From contig JAERSV010000029.1 of NCBI GenBank assembly GCA_016845345.1, forward strand, positions 24,917 through 88,916: DNA of 64,000 bases, written 5' to 3'. This document shows, piece by piece, positions 19,711 to 28,576 of the stretch. The notes beneath the pieces were generated by a model. The model did not search any database. It had not been told where the DNA came from and worked only from the letters and a program-made list of their open reading frames with translations. The position numbers and the translations under genes are program-made. This DNA is from Methanobacteriota archaeon. GTDB lineage: Archaea > Thermoplasmatota > Poseidoniia > Poseidoniales > Thalassarchaeaceae. The stretch's first letter is position 1; the number at the start of each line of letters is the position of its first letter.

Positions 19711-20301
19711 ATGGAGAAGGACCTCGCCACAATACAGCGAGTACATCGCAGTATGTCTAGCACACTTTTGTGGTTGACTCTCTTGTTTTTCTTTTTGTTA
19801 ATATCATTCTCTTTGGGATTAGATGGGACCGTTTTACAAATTGGTACCTTCGCATCAATTCTTGTATTAGCAGCTGGAATGAGTATTTATTATGGCTTTT
19901 CAAGAAGAAAAATTTGGGCATATAGACTAGCCATCGTACATTGGTTATTCCTCATTCTAATCTGTTCTTTGATTACCCTAATAGATTTGATAGCAGGTAT
20001 TCAAGGCAGTATCATGTCAGCCATAATGGCAATAATGTTGATTTTTATTATCGTTGGAATGGTCAAAAGATTCACTACTTTTTCAAATCCGATGTTTATG
20101 GCATGGTATATTGGTCAGTCATCCAACGTTCTCGCTTCCTCACAATTGCAAACAAATGAAATGATGGCTGCTTGCCCTCATTGCTTGTCTATTCTCGCTG
20201 TAAAACCACTCGAATTAAGTGGCTCAGATTTATGCCCTAATTGTGGGGAGAAACTAGTTTCTGACGAAGTGGTTGCTAAATTCTATAATGAAGAGGAATA
20301 A
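19711..20301 (+). CDS. Hypothetical four-TM protein with C-terminal Zn ribbon
   Basis: Hydrophobic helices followed by CPHC...CPNC. Confidence 0.7.
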   Translation: MEKDLATIQRVHRSMSSTLLWLTLLFFFLLISFSLGLDGTVLQIGTFASILVLAAGMSIYYGFSRRKIWAYRLAIVHWLFLILICSLITLIDLIAGIQGSIMSAIMAIMLIFIIVGMVKRFTTFSNPMFMAWYIGQSSNVLASSQLQTNEMMAACPHCLSILAVKPLELSGSDLCPNCGEKLVSDEVVAKFYNEEE

Positions 20302-20306
20302 CACAT

Positions 20307-21329
20307 CTACTCTGAGATAGTTAGGTTCTTCCAGTACTCTTCAGGTACTTCTTGGGATAATCTTAGTGCGCCCATTGCCCCTAATCTCACAGGGTCTTCT
20401 ACGATGTGTACAGTGATACCACCTAAGTCTGCTAGCCTTTCTTCAATTGAAGCGCCTAAACCCCTGATACCAGAACCACCACCAGCTAGAATGATGTTTT
20501 GACGGAATCCATCATGATACTCTGGATTTGACTCGGCAATGAGTGATTTCAAATTGTCAACAATTGGGTTGATAATTGATTCACATGCTGAAGAAATACA
20601 ATCAGTGATATCTAGAGACATTGCCTTCCCATCAATTGAGAAGTCAACCACAACGGGGTCCTTAGGTGGCGAAGTATGAGTGAATGAGAATTGTTCTTTC
20701 CACCGTCGAGCCATATCCTTGGTGATTTGTGCTCCAACATACTTTCGCTGGACGGCTTCAATAAGTGCCGCATCAATTGCGTCTCCTGCCTGGTTAATGT
20801 GCAATTGGTCTTCTGGGCGCGGTATCGTACCATATACTCGGCAGATATCTGTTGTCCCTGCTCCAATATCCACAACCATTGTATGGTCAAGCATGTCAAG
20901 AGCATAAGCAACTGCAAAAGGTTCTGAAATAATCATACAGGCGTTGACAGTACCAGCAGCAGCATCGAAAATTGCAGTTTTATCAACGTGACTAGCCTCG
21001 GCTGGAGCGCCGATTACCGCAACAACTCTGTCATATTCTTCAGGGTCTGCCAAATTCATCATATGATTGATGAAATGAGCAATGAATTTTTTATCTTCAG
21101 GTGTATCCTTGATTACACCGTGTTCCAGAGGGCGATAAAGGTTCAAGGCTAGCCTGTTTTTCAAGGCCTCTTCTCCGAATAAAACATCCCTGCGAAGGAA
21201 GTTTTTTGCTATGGAATCCTTTGGTGTACCTATCACAGTTAGCACTTGTTCTTCGTGTTTATCATTAGAAACCATGACCGACCTAAACGTACCTAAGTCA
21301 ACACCGATGTAAAGAGTCTCGTTCGCCAT
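20307..21329 (-). CDS. MamK-like actin-fold cytoskeletal ATPase
   Basis: YIGVDLGT, SEPFAV, VVDIGAGTTD, AGGGS; MamK-type segments G.PKD, P.PEDQ, KEQFSF, GALRL..E.P..YW; GGTGA SD before ATG 21329. Confidence 0.85.
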   Translation of the reverse strand: MANETLYIGVDLGTFRSVMVSNDKHEEQVLTVIGTPKDSIAKNFLRRDVLFGEEALKNRLALNLYRPLEHGVIKDTPEDKKFIAHFINHMMNLADPEEYDRVVAVIGAPAEASHVDKTAIFDAAAGTVNACMIISEPFAVAYALDMLDHTMVVDIGAGTTDICRVYGTIPRPEDQLHINQAGDAIDAALIEAVQRKYVGAQITKDMARRWKEQFSFTHTSPPKDPVVVDFSIDGKAMSLDITDCISSACESIINPIVDNLKSLIAESNPEYHDGFRQNIILAGGGSGIRGLGASIEERLADLGGITVHIVEDPVRLGAMGALRLSQEVPEEYWKNLTISE

Positions 21330-21406
21330 TGTATTCACCGTTATCATTGCTCCGAAGGGGACGGTATATCAATAATCCCTAACATTGGTTTGCAAAGTCT
21401 ATTGAT

Positions 21407-22435
21407 TTATAGCCACATCTCACAGTCATCGCAATACCAAGCGCTGTGTTGAGTGTACAATGGAGCACCATTTCCACAACCAGTGCATTCTTTTGTTACA
21501 CCCTCTCCAAATAGTGTAATAACAATTTCAATGTGCCTCTCCTCTGTGATACCTAAGTGCTGTCTCATGGCCCACAGTAGTTGATCTTCACTCGGCGTAA
21601 TCACACCATCCGACAACACTAATTCAACCGCTGTTTGATAATCAGATTCTATCCCCACTGCAGTGGGGTCAAGTACGACTCCATCTTTTTCAGCGATTAT
21701 GTCTTTTCCACCTGGGTCATCGATAAAAAGCACCAATGCAGAAGGATTCAACTTGTTGTTTCTTAATTCAAAAGATACTACATTTTCATCAGTGTTAGCG
21801 AAAACAAATTTACTTGATTTATTGATAACTGAAGCGATGTTTCTAGCGGTATCAGCAACCGTCCTTCCGCGTCGCCAACCAGTATTAGAATCTTCATTTA
21901 ACAAATAAAATTCTGTGCCCAAGCCAGGATATTCTATTCTAACTTCCTCCCCACCATCAAAATCATTACTCATAAGAGTTAATTTGCCAACCTCTGTTTG
22001 TAGAATGTTGTCATCCTCATCAAAACTAATCATCAAAGGTGTTCTCTCTTCTTCTGCGACATTGAAATGACCTTGCATGCCTTCAATCCATTTATCTTGT
22101 AATCGAGATAAGCCTTGTTCTTGTTCCGCAGTCAAATTTTCGTCAATACCTAGTACTCTAGATAGACCTGAACCAGATTCCATTTCTTGTTTAAATTGCT
22201 CAATCAATTTTGACTCGGTTTGCACTGATTCGTGACGTCTTTTTGATGTCGAAAATTTACTATTGGGGTCGGCCCATTCATATTGACACCTGTCACATGA
22301 AAGGTAGCCTGTAATAGAAGAATTATTACTTCCACCACCACACCGTGGGCAATCTCCATCCTCAACAGCTGTCAAATTTTCTTTGGCTTCACCTAAGCCT
22401 TTAGTCCCCTTGACGGGCTTCTTTCGGAACGCCAT
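21407..22435 (-). CDS. Hypothetical protein with N- and C-terminal Zn ribbons and a TerB-like helical segment
   Basis: CPRC...CDRC; SDGVITPSEDQLL..MRQHLGI; CTGC...CDDC. Confidence 0.7.
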   Translation of the reverse strand: MAFRKKPVKGTKGLGEAKENLTAVEDGDCPRCGGGSNNSSITGYLSCDRCQYEWADPNSKFSTSKRRHESVQTESKLIEQFKQEMESGSGLSRVLGIDENLTAEQEQGLSRLQDKWIEGMQGHFNVAEEERTPLMISFDEDDNILQTEVGKLTLMSNDFDGGEEVRIEYPGLGTEFYLLNEDSNTGWRRGRTVADTARNIASVINKSSKFVFANTDENVVSFELRNNKLNPSALVLFIDDPGGKDIIAEKDGVVLDPTAVGIESDYQTAVELVLSDGVITPSEDQLLWAMRQHLGITEERHIEIVITLFGEGVTKECTGCGNGAPLYTQHSAWYCDDCEMWL

Positions 22436-22543
22436 CAAAACCTTGTGAGACCTCATGGGTCATATGGGTTGCGATAATCACCTCTCCAAGAAGAGAAATC
22501 TAAACCGGCGCGGTTATCAATAGGGCGCGAGTCGGCCCGCTTG

Positions 22544-23227
22544 ATGCTACGAGAGTGTGAACTACACGGTACCTTTGAAGGGGAACTTTGCCCAGCCTGC
22601 AACAGCGAAGGAAAATTCGTTATGAATGGACGAGAGCGAGACCAAATCGCCCGAAGAATGGCTGGTATTCTGCGTCATTTCCCTGAAAAATTTGATTTAG
22701 AAATGGACATTAATGGATGGGTCAGTATTCGAGAATTATCTAATGCAATTTCCCGTAAAGATAAGCGTAAGCACTGGTTGAGAGACCGACATATACAAGC
22801 AATTGTAGATACTGACCCTAAGGGTCGTTACGAAATTCGTGGAGGGAATGTGAGAGCAACTTATGCACACACAGTGGAAATAGAACTCGACTTGCCATCA
22901 GATAATATTCCTGAATTATTGTATTATCCAGTTTCAAGAGACGAACTTGATATTCACCTTGAGGGAGGAATTCATCCTGGTGGAAGAAAGTGGGTTCATC
23001 TTTCTAAAACCATTACAAATGCAGCAAATGCTGGCGCTGTTCACCATTCCCGCCCTGCAATCATAGAAATAGATATCATTCAGATGCAAGCATCTGGGAA
23101 CACAGTTTTTCACGCAGGAACCACTGTTTACCTTACCGAGATTGTCGATGCTCAGTTCTGTTCACAAGTTGCTTATGATGATACAGAATATTCACTCATG
23201 CTAGAAGAATGGGGAGAAGAAGAGTAA
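22544..23227 (+). CDS. kptA: RNA 2'-phosphotransferase (Tpt1/KptA)
   Basis: N-terminal C..H....CP.C, LRHFP, DINGWV, KGRYE, RATYAHT, RKWVHLS. Confidence 0.88.
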   Translation: MLRECELHGTFEGELCPACNSEGKFVMNGRERDQIARRMAGILRHFPEKFDLEMDINGWVSIRELSNAISRKDKRKHWLRDRHIQAIVDTDPKGRYEIRGGNVRATYAHTVEIELDLPSDNIPELLYYPVSRDELDIHLEGGIHPGGRKWVHLSKTITNAANAGAVHHSRPAIIEIDIIQMQASGNTVFHAGTTVYLTEIVDAQFCSQVAYDDTEYSLMLEEWGEEE

Positions 23228-23560
23228 TTACTTTCTTTTGTATCCACACACTTGGCAAAAGCTAAATTCGCCATTTTGCGGTTCGTCACACTCTGGACAA
23301 ACCTCTGAGTTTGTGATACTTGGTGCCTCGGTATTATCAGAAGATGAAATTAACCTGACTGATGATGATTCTTCAAAAATTACAGATTCAACAAGTTGCC
23401 TTTCTTCAACAGATTTATTGAACTGAATTATCTCAAATAACGCAGTTTCTAATTTAATAATTCTCTGTTTCCTTTGTTCAACATTTGGGATGTCTTCTGC
23501 TTCAACCAACTCTTCTTGTAGATATCTCTGCAGTTGATCTACTGTTACATCATCAGCCAT
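23228..23560 (-). CDS. Hypothetical helical protein with C-terminal Zn ribbon
   Basis: CPEC...FCQVCG; start codon uncertain (23560-23593). Confidence 0.6.
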   Translation of the reverse strand: MADDVTVDQLQRYLQEELVEAEDIPNVEQRKQRIIKLETALFEIIQFNKSVEERQLVESVIFEESSSVRLISSSDNTEAPSITNSEVCPECDEPQNGEFSFCQVCGYKRK

Positions 23561-23658
23561 TATTGCCCGCACCATATCGCCCCTAATCAACACGGCGGCT
23601 CAAAAGAATTCTAATTACAATAGCAATTGACTTCATGGAGTTCCTTTTCGGGATAAAC

Positions 23659-24474
23659 ATGCAAGGGCCCATCATCATCAAATTTGGAGGCGGGCTTATC
23701 ACGGTTAAGGACAAATTATGTACTCCAAAAATAGCCATAATCCATAATCTCGCCAAATCTGTTCAACATTTAGTAAACATAGATAAACGGGTAATTATTG
23801 TTCATGGCGCTGGTAGTTTTGGCCATTTAAGGGCTAAATCTTGGAAACTTCATGAAGGAAGGACAAATGAAGGTTTACCAAAAGAAGATGATTTGTCTAC
23901 CCAAGATGAAGCTGTAGAATCCGTCCGACAAGATATGCAACATCTTAATCAACTGGTTGTTGAAGAATTCAATAAACTAGGGATTGAAACGGTTACTCAC
24001 CCACCCCATGAATGGGCTACTGGCACAGGTTCAAACTTTTCTGGGGAACTACACCAGTTCAATTTAGATGGAGAAAAGGTCCACATCACATATGGAGACG
24101 TGGTTGATTGCAATAATGAGAAGGAATTTGGTATTCTAAGCGGGGATGATATTTGCTATAGACTAGCAACAGAACTTAAGGCGACCCACATGATTTTCGC
24201 TATGGGTGGTGCACCTGGTGTAATGTCATCACCACCATCAGAACCATCTTCCGAACTAATTCCAATTTGGTCTAAATATAAACAATTTGAGGCAATTCAT
24301 CAATCAGAAATTGATGTCACAGGGGGAATACACCTCAAACTAACCGTAGCAGATAAAATCTCAAAAATAGTTCCTATGGTGTGGATTGTTGATGGAGAGT
24401 GCCCAGAACGTATTGTTCAAGTTGTCTTAAATAACGAATCATATGGTACAAGGATAATCCCTGAATCTCCGTAG
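23659..24474 (+). CDS. ipk: Isopentenyl phosphate kinase
   Basis: IIKFGGGLITVK, VHGAGSFGH, YGDVV, ILSGDD, DVTGGI; directly upstream of IDI-GGPPS. Confidence 0.9.
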   Translation: MQGPIIIKFGGGLITVKDKLCTPKIAIIHNLAKSVQHLVNIDKRVIIVHGAGSFGHLRAKSWKLHEGRTNEGLPKEDDLSTQDEAVESVRQDMQHLNQLVVEEFNKLGIETVTHPPHEWATGTGSNFSGELHQFNLDGEKVHITYGDVVDCNNEKEFGILSGDDICYRLATELKATHMIFAMGGAPGVMSSPPSEPSSELIPIWSKYKQFEAIHQSEIDVTGGIHLKLTVADKISKIVPMVWIVDGECPERIVQVVLNNESYGTRIIPESP

Positions 24475-24533
24475 GAGATTGAACAATCTCATTAAAGAGG
24501 CAAAACCCCTCACAAAAATTAGTTGGTGAGGCG

Positions 24534-26222
24534 ATGAGCGAGAACAGTCCATTCCTTGGTGAACAATATGATGAATCACAAAGCGAAATGATGAGTGAGA
24601 TGGTAATCTTAGTTGATGAAAATGATCAACAAATTGGCTCCATGTCTAAGGTAGACAGCCATCTGGGTGAAGGTGCGCTTCACCGGGCTTTTAGTGTATT
24701 ATTGTTCAATTCTTCACAAAAAATGTTGATTCAAAAAAGAGCAGATACCAAGATTACATTCCCATCGGTGTGGGCTAACTCCTGTTGTAGTCATCCTCTT
24801 GACGTCGAGGGTGAAACAGAAATGGAGGATGACCTTGGAGTCAAGCGCGCTGCCATTCGCAAGATGGAGCAAGAACTTGGAATTTCTTCGGACCAGTTGC
24901 CGATTGATGATTTTCATCTGATTACAAGAATGCATTATAGAGCACGAGCTGATGAGAAATGGATTGAACATGAATTAGACCATATTCTGCTAATTCAAGC
25001 AGATGTTGATTTGAATATTAATCCAAACGAAATCTCTGAAATTCGTTGGGTTAATCAAACGCAGATAGAGGATTTAATCTCAAATTCACCTGATAACGGT
25101 GAAATTATTGCCCCTTGGTTTAATGAAATATACTCCAGATATGCGTCTCAATGGTGGGGTCATCTTGATGAGGTGAGTTCTCTTCAAGACAATGTGGTTC
25201 ACCATATTGGGGATGTTGAGACCAGCGAACACTCATCCTTACTTGATGCACTCAAAGGGCATGCAACGGAAGTTGAAAGCAGAATAATTACCGCACTTGA
25301 AAAATCAAACCATGAACGTTTGAAGAAGGCAATGATGCATCTCATCGAAGGAGGTGGAAAGCGCCTTCGTGCAATACTACCATGGCTTGTCGCTGATGCT
25401 TGTGGTGGTTCATCTGATTCATTGTATGACTTGGGAGCAGCCATAGAAATCATCCATAATTTCACCCTCATTCACGACGATATCATGGATAATGATGAAA
25501 TGAGGAGGGGAAGAGATGCTGTACACATAGCATATGATATGCCCACCGCAATCAACGCAGGAGATGCAATGTTAGCAGTTTCTTTTGAATTATTGAGTGA
25601 GGCAGAAGAAATTTCGTCAGACAAATTCCGTTCTTTAGTTTCAATAATTGGTAAGATGGTACGCAAGGTATCTGAAGGCCAACAATTGGACATGGATTTT
25701 GAGAATAGAGATTTTGTTAGTGAAAAAGAATACTTGACTATGATCTCCGGAAAAACGGCTGCCATGTTCACAACTTGTGCAAGAACCGGTGCAATTCTTT
25801 CAGGTGCTACTCCCGATGTCATTGAGAATCTTGCTGATTGGGGTGAAAACCTCGGACTTTGCTTTCAATTAATGGATGATTTAATCGATGCCACGGGTGA
25901 TAGTGAAACTCTTGGGAAACCTGCTTGTAGTGATGTAGTAGAAGGGAAAAGAACACTGATTGCGATTCATGCACTGGGATTAGAACCGAGTAATCTTCCA
26001 ACATTCCACGAAGTATTTTCCTCTAGAAATGAAGACACACCGCGGGAAACACTTGATGAAGTTCTCAGTGAATTACAGGCTTCCGGCTCAATTGATTATG
26101 CTAAGGACAGAGCAATGAGCTTCCATCAAAAGGCACATGCCTGCCTAGACAAATTACCAGATTCACCAGCCTTGTCAATATTAAGACAATTAACAGACTG
26201 GCAACTCATCAGAATTTCCTGA
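24534..26222 (+). CDS. Fusion of type 1 IPP isomerase and geranylgeranyl diphosphate synthase
   Basis: N-terminal half: HRAFSV, WANSCCSHP, EHELDH. C-terminal half: GGKRLR, FTLIHDDIMD (FARM), GQQLD, KTA, FQLMDD (SARM). Confidence 0.92.
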   Translation: MSENSPFLGEQYDESQSEMMSEMVILVDENDQQIGSMSKVDSHLGEGALHRAFSVLLFNSSQKMLIQKRADTKITFPSVWANSCCSHPLDVEGETEMEDDLGVKRAAIRKMEQELGISSDQLPIDDFHLITRMHYRARADEKWIEHELDHILLIQADVDLNINPNEISEIRWVNQTQIEDLISNSPDNGEIIAPWFNEIYSRYASQWWGHLDEVSSLQDNVVHHIGDVETSEHSSLLDALKGHATEVESRIITALEKSNHERLKKAMMHLIEGGGKRLRAILPWLVADACGGSSDSLYDLGAAIEIIHNFTLIHDDIMDNDEMRRGRDAVHIAYDMPTAINAGDAMLAVSFELLSEAEEISSDKFRSLVSIIGKMVRKVSEGQQLDMDFENRDFVSEKEYLTMISGKTAAMFTTCARTGAILSGATPDVIENLADWGENLGLCFQLMDDLIDATGDSETLGKPACSDVVEGKRTLIAIHALGLEPSNLPTFHEVFSSRNEDTPRETLDEVLSELQASGSIDYAKDRAMSFHQKAHACLDKLPDSPALSILRQLTDWQLIRIS

Positions 26223-26259
26223 TCTACAACCAATGATTGTATATCTAATAATTCAGCAC

Positions 26260-28467
26260 TCAATCTGAATAGTAGGTTTCGCCAGGTATTTCTGGTTTCA
26301 TGCCTTTGCGTTGGCGGATTTCTCCAACCACTTTTTCTAGTAATGACCGAGGTAACTCTTCAAAACCACAGTTTTCAGAATTCCAAACCGCTCTTCCTTG
26401 GCTAGCCGCACGAATATCGTTTGAAAATCCAAAGGTTTCAGCGACTGGAACTTTCCCAATTACTGTGGTTATTTCACCATCAGATGGCATGTCCTCAATT
26501 TCCCCACGACGTTGGGTGATTTCTCTTGTAACTCCACCAAGCCAGTCGTTTGGTACCGAGACGTGCATCTTTTGCATAGGCTCCATGATTGCTGTGTTTG
26601 CCCTAACGAGAGCACCTTTGATGGCATTTCTCATTGCAGGAATAGTTTGAGCAGGTCCGCGGTGGATTGCATCTTCGTGAAGTTTAGCATCCTTCAACTT
26701 GACCATGACACTCATGAGTGGTTCTTCAGCAATAGGTCCTTTCTTGCACACTTCATTGAATGCTTCAATCAGCAATTCCTTTGTTTCGTGGAGATACTGG
26801 ATACCCTTTGTATCATTGACCAATACATTGGTTCCGTTGATTGCATAGGTCTTGCGCATCATATCTTTGTCCATGCCATATTCAGCAAATTTTCTACCGG
26901 TTTCCTTTGCGTCATTTGGACGGATTGTACCTGAGCCTATTTCACCTTGGCGGAGTGCATCTACCACTTCATTTGGCAGTTGTTCAACCTCGATGTAAAA
27001 TCTGTTGTGTCGATTAGGTGATTTGCCTTCGAATGGTCTCCCATGGTTATTTCCTGCTGTTGTTTCACGATATACAACAATTGGTTCAGAAACAGAGACC
27101 TTGATACCTTGTTCCTCTTCGATTCTGTATGTTGTGATTTCAAGGTGAAGTTCTCCCATACCAGCAAGTAGTGCTTCTCCAGTTTCTGCATTTGTAGTAA
27201 CTTGTAAAGATGCATCTGCTTTTGCAAGTGAACGAAGCGCATCGATGAATTTTGGCAAATCCTTCATGGATTTGGGTTCAACAGCGACTGTAACCACTGG
27301 TTCTGAATAGTGTCTGATAGCCTCAAAAGGAATAATATCCTTATCGCGTGCTACTGTAACACCCGCTGCAGCTGAACGAATACCTGTAAGAGCAGCGATA
27401 TTTCCGGCAACAATTTTTGGAATTGAGATACGGTCTCCACCAACCATCATGCTAACCTGTTGTACTCGCTCGGCTTTACTGCCTCCAATAGCCCACAAGC
27501 TTTCACCGTGGTTTATGGTTCCAGAATAAAGGCGCCCTACTGCTACTTCTCCTGCATGGGGGTCCATCCAAATTTTAGTGATCATTAGTGCAAGTGGCCC
27601 TTCAGGGTCACAGTTAATCATCGCTTGACCCATTTCAGATTCAGAATCGCCGCTCCAAATATTAGGGATACGGTATGGTTGTGCAATAACCGGGCTTGGT
27701 AGTTGAGTAACTGCCATATCTAGCAGAACCTCGTGCACAGGGGCCTTCTTCGCTAGTTCTTTTTGTTCTTCATTATTACAATAATCAAAGATATCTTTGA
27801 ATGATATTCCGGATTTTTGCATATATGGTACAGTAATACCCCAGTTGTGGTAAGCAGAACCGAAGGCAACAGTTCCATCTCCAACACTAACTTGCCAAGA
27901 TTTCTTGTATTCATGAGGCGCAAATTGACGGATTAATGTGTTTACTTTAGTAATCTGTGCCATGAATCTCTCTTGCATATCCTCAGGAGTTACTTGTAAT
28001 TCGTTAATCAGTCGGTCTACCTTGTTAATGAAAAGAACAGGCTTTACCTTTTCTTTTAGTGCTTGACGCACCACAGTTTCAGTTTGTGGCATGGCCCCTT
28101 CAACTGCACATGTTAGAATAAAACACCCATCTACAGCGCGCATGGCTCTTGTGACATCCCCACCAAAATCTACGTGACCAGGTGTGTCAATCAAATTGAT
28201 TAGGAAATCAGTATCTTCAACTGCGTGCACCATTGATGCTGATGCAGCATTAATTGTAATTCCTCTAGCAGATTCCTGTTCATCAAAATCTAGAACTCTG
28301 CTTTTACCAGCAAGGTCCTCACTCATCATACCAGCACCAGCAATCAAATTATCAGAAAGAGTTGTCTTTCCATGGTCAATGTGAGCAGCAATGCAAAGAT
28401 TTCGAATTCGATCTCTATCGTGCATGACTTCTGTTGCTTTTGCGATGTTGTCTTCCTTTCGTCCCAT
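26260..28467 (-). CDS. fusA: Translation elongation factor aEF-2
   Basis: AHIDHGKTT, RGITI, DTPGH, NKVD; diphthamide loop LHEDAIHRGPAQ. Confidence 0.97.
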   Translation of the reverse strand: MGRKEDNIAKATEVMHDRDRIRNLCIAAHIDHGKTTLSDNLIAGAGMMSEDLAGKSRVLDFDEQESARGITINAASASMVHAVEDTDFLINLIDTPGHVDFGGDVTRAMRAVDGCFILTCAVEGAMPQTETVVRQALKEKVKPVLFINKVDRLINELQVTPEDMQERFMAQITKVNTLIRQFAPHEYKKSWQVSVGDGTVAFGSAYHNWGITVPYMQKSGISFKDIFDYCNNEEQKELAKKAPVHEVLLDMAVTQLPSPVIAQPYRIPNIWSGDSESEMGQAMINCDPEGPLALMITKIWMDPHAGEVAVGRLYSGTINHGESLWAIGGSKAERVQQVSMMVGGDRISIPKIVAGNIAALTGIRSAAAGVTVARDKDIIPFEAIRHYSEPVVTVAVEPKSMKDLPKFIDALRSLAKADASLQVTTNAETGEALLAGMGELHLEITTYRIEEEQGIKVSVSEPIVVYRETTAGNNHGRPFEGKSPNRHNRFYIEVEQLPNEVVDALRQGEIGSGTIRPNDAKETGRKFAEYGMDKDMMRKTYAINGTNVLVNDTKGIQYLHETKELLIEAFNEVCKKGPIAEEPLMSVMVKLKDAKLHEDAIHRGPAQTIPAMRNAIKGALVRANTAIMEPMQKMHVSVPNDWLGGVTREITQRRGEIEDMPSDGEITTVIGKVPVAETFGFSNDIRAASQGRAVWNSENCGFEELPRSLLEKVVGEIRQRKGMKPEIPGETYYSD

Positions 28468-28485
28468 CAGTCTTCACCTTCGGTG

Positions 28486-28499
28486 AAGCCGCCGACCTA
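28486..28499 (-). promoter_or_regulatory. 14-bp element TAGGTCGGCGGCTT upstream of EF-2
   Basis: Exact copy at 30946-30959. Lies between a TATA-like TTTATGAA (28514-28507) and the AAGGTG SD. Confidence 0.55.
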
Positions 28500-28576
28500 A
28501 CATCGGTTCATAAAGGCCACCACCCCAGTTATTCACTAAAAGTGACAACATCATCAAGAGATGCCTTGTCAAGAAC

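Noticed and set aside
20307..21329. Magnetosome island
   Set aside because: No other mam/mms genes or iron transporters are nearby, and MamK-like actins occur outside magnetotactic bacteria.
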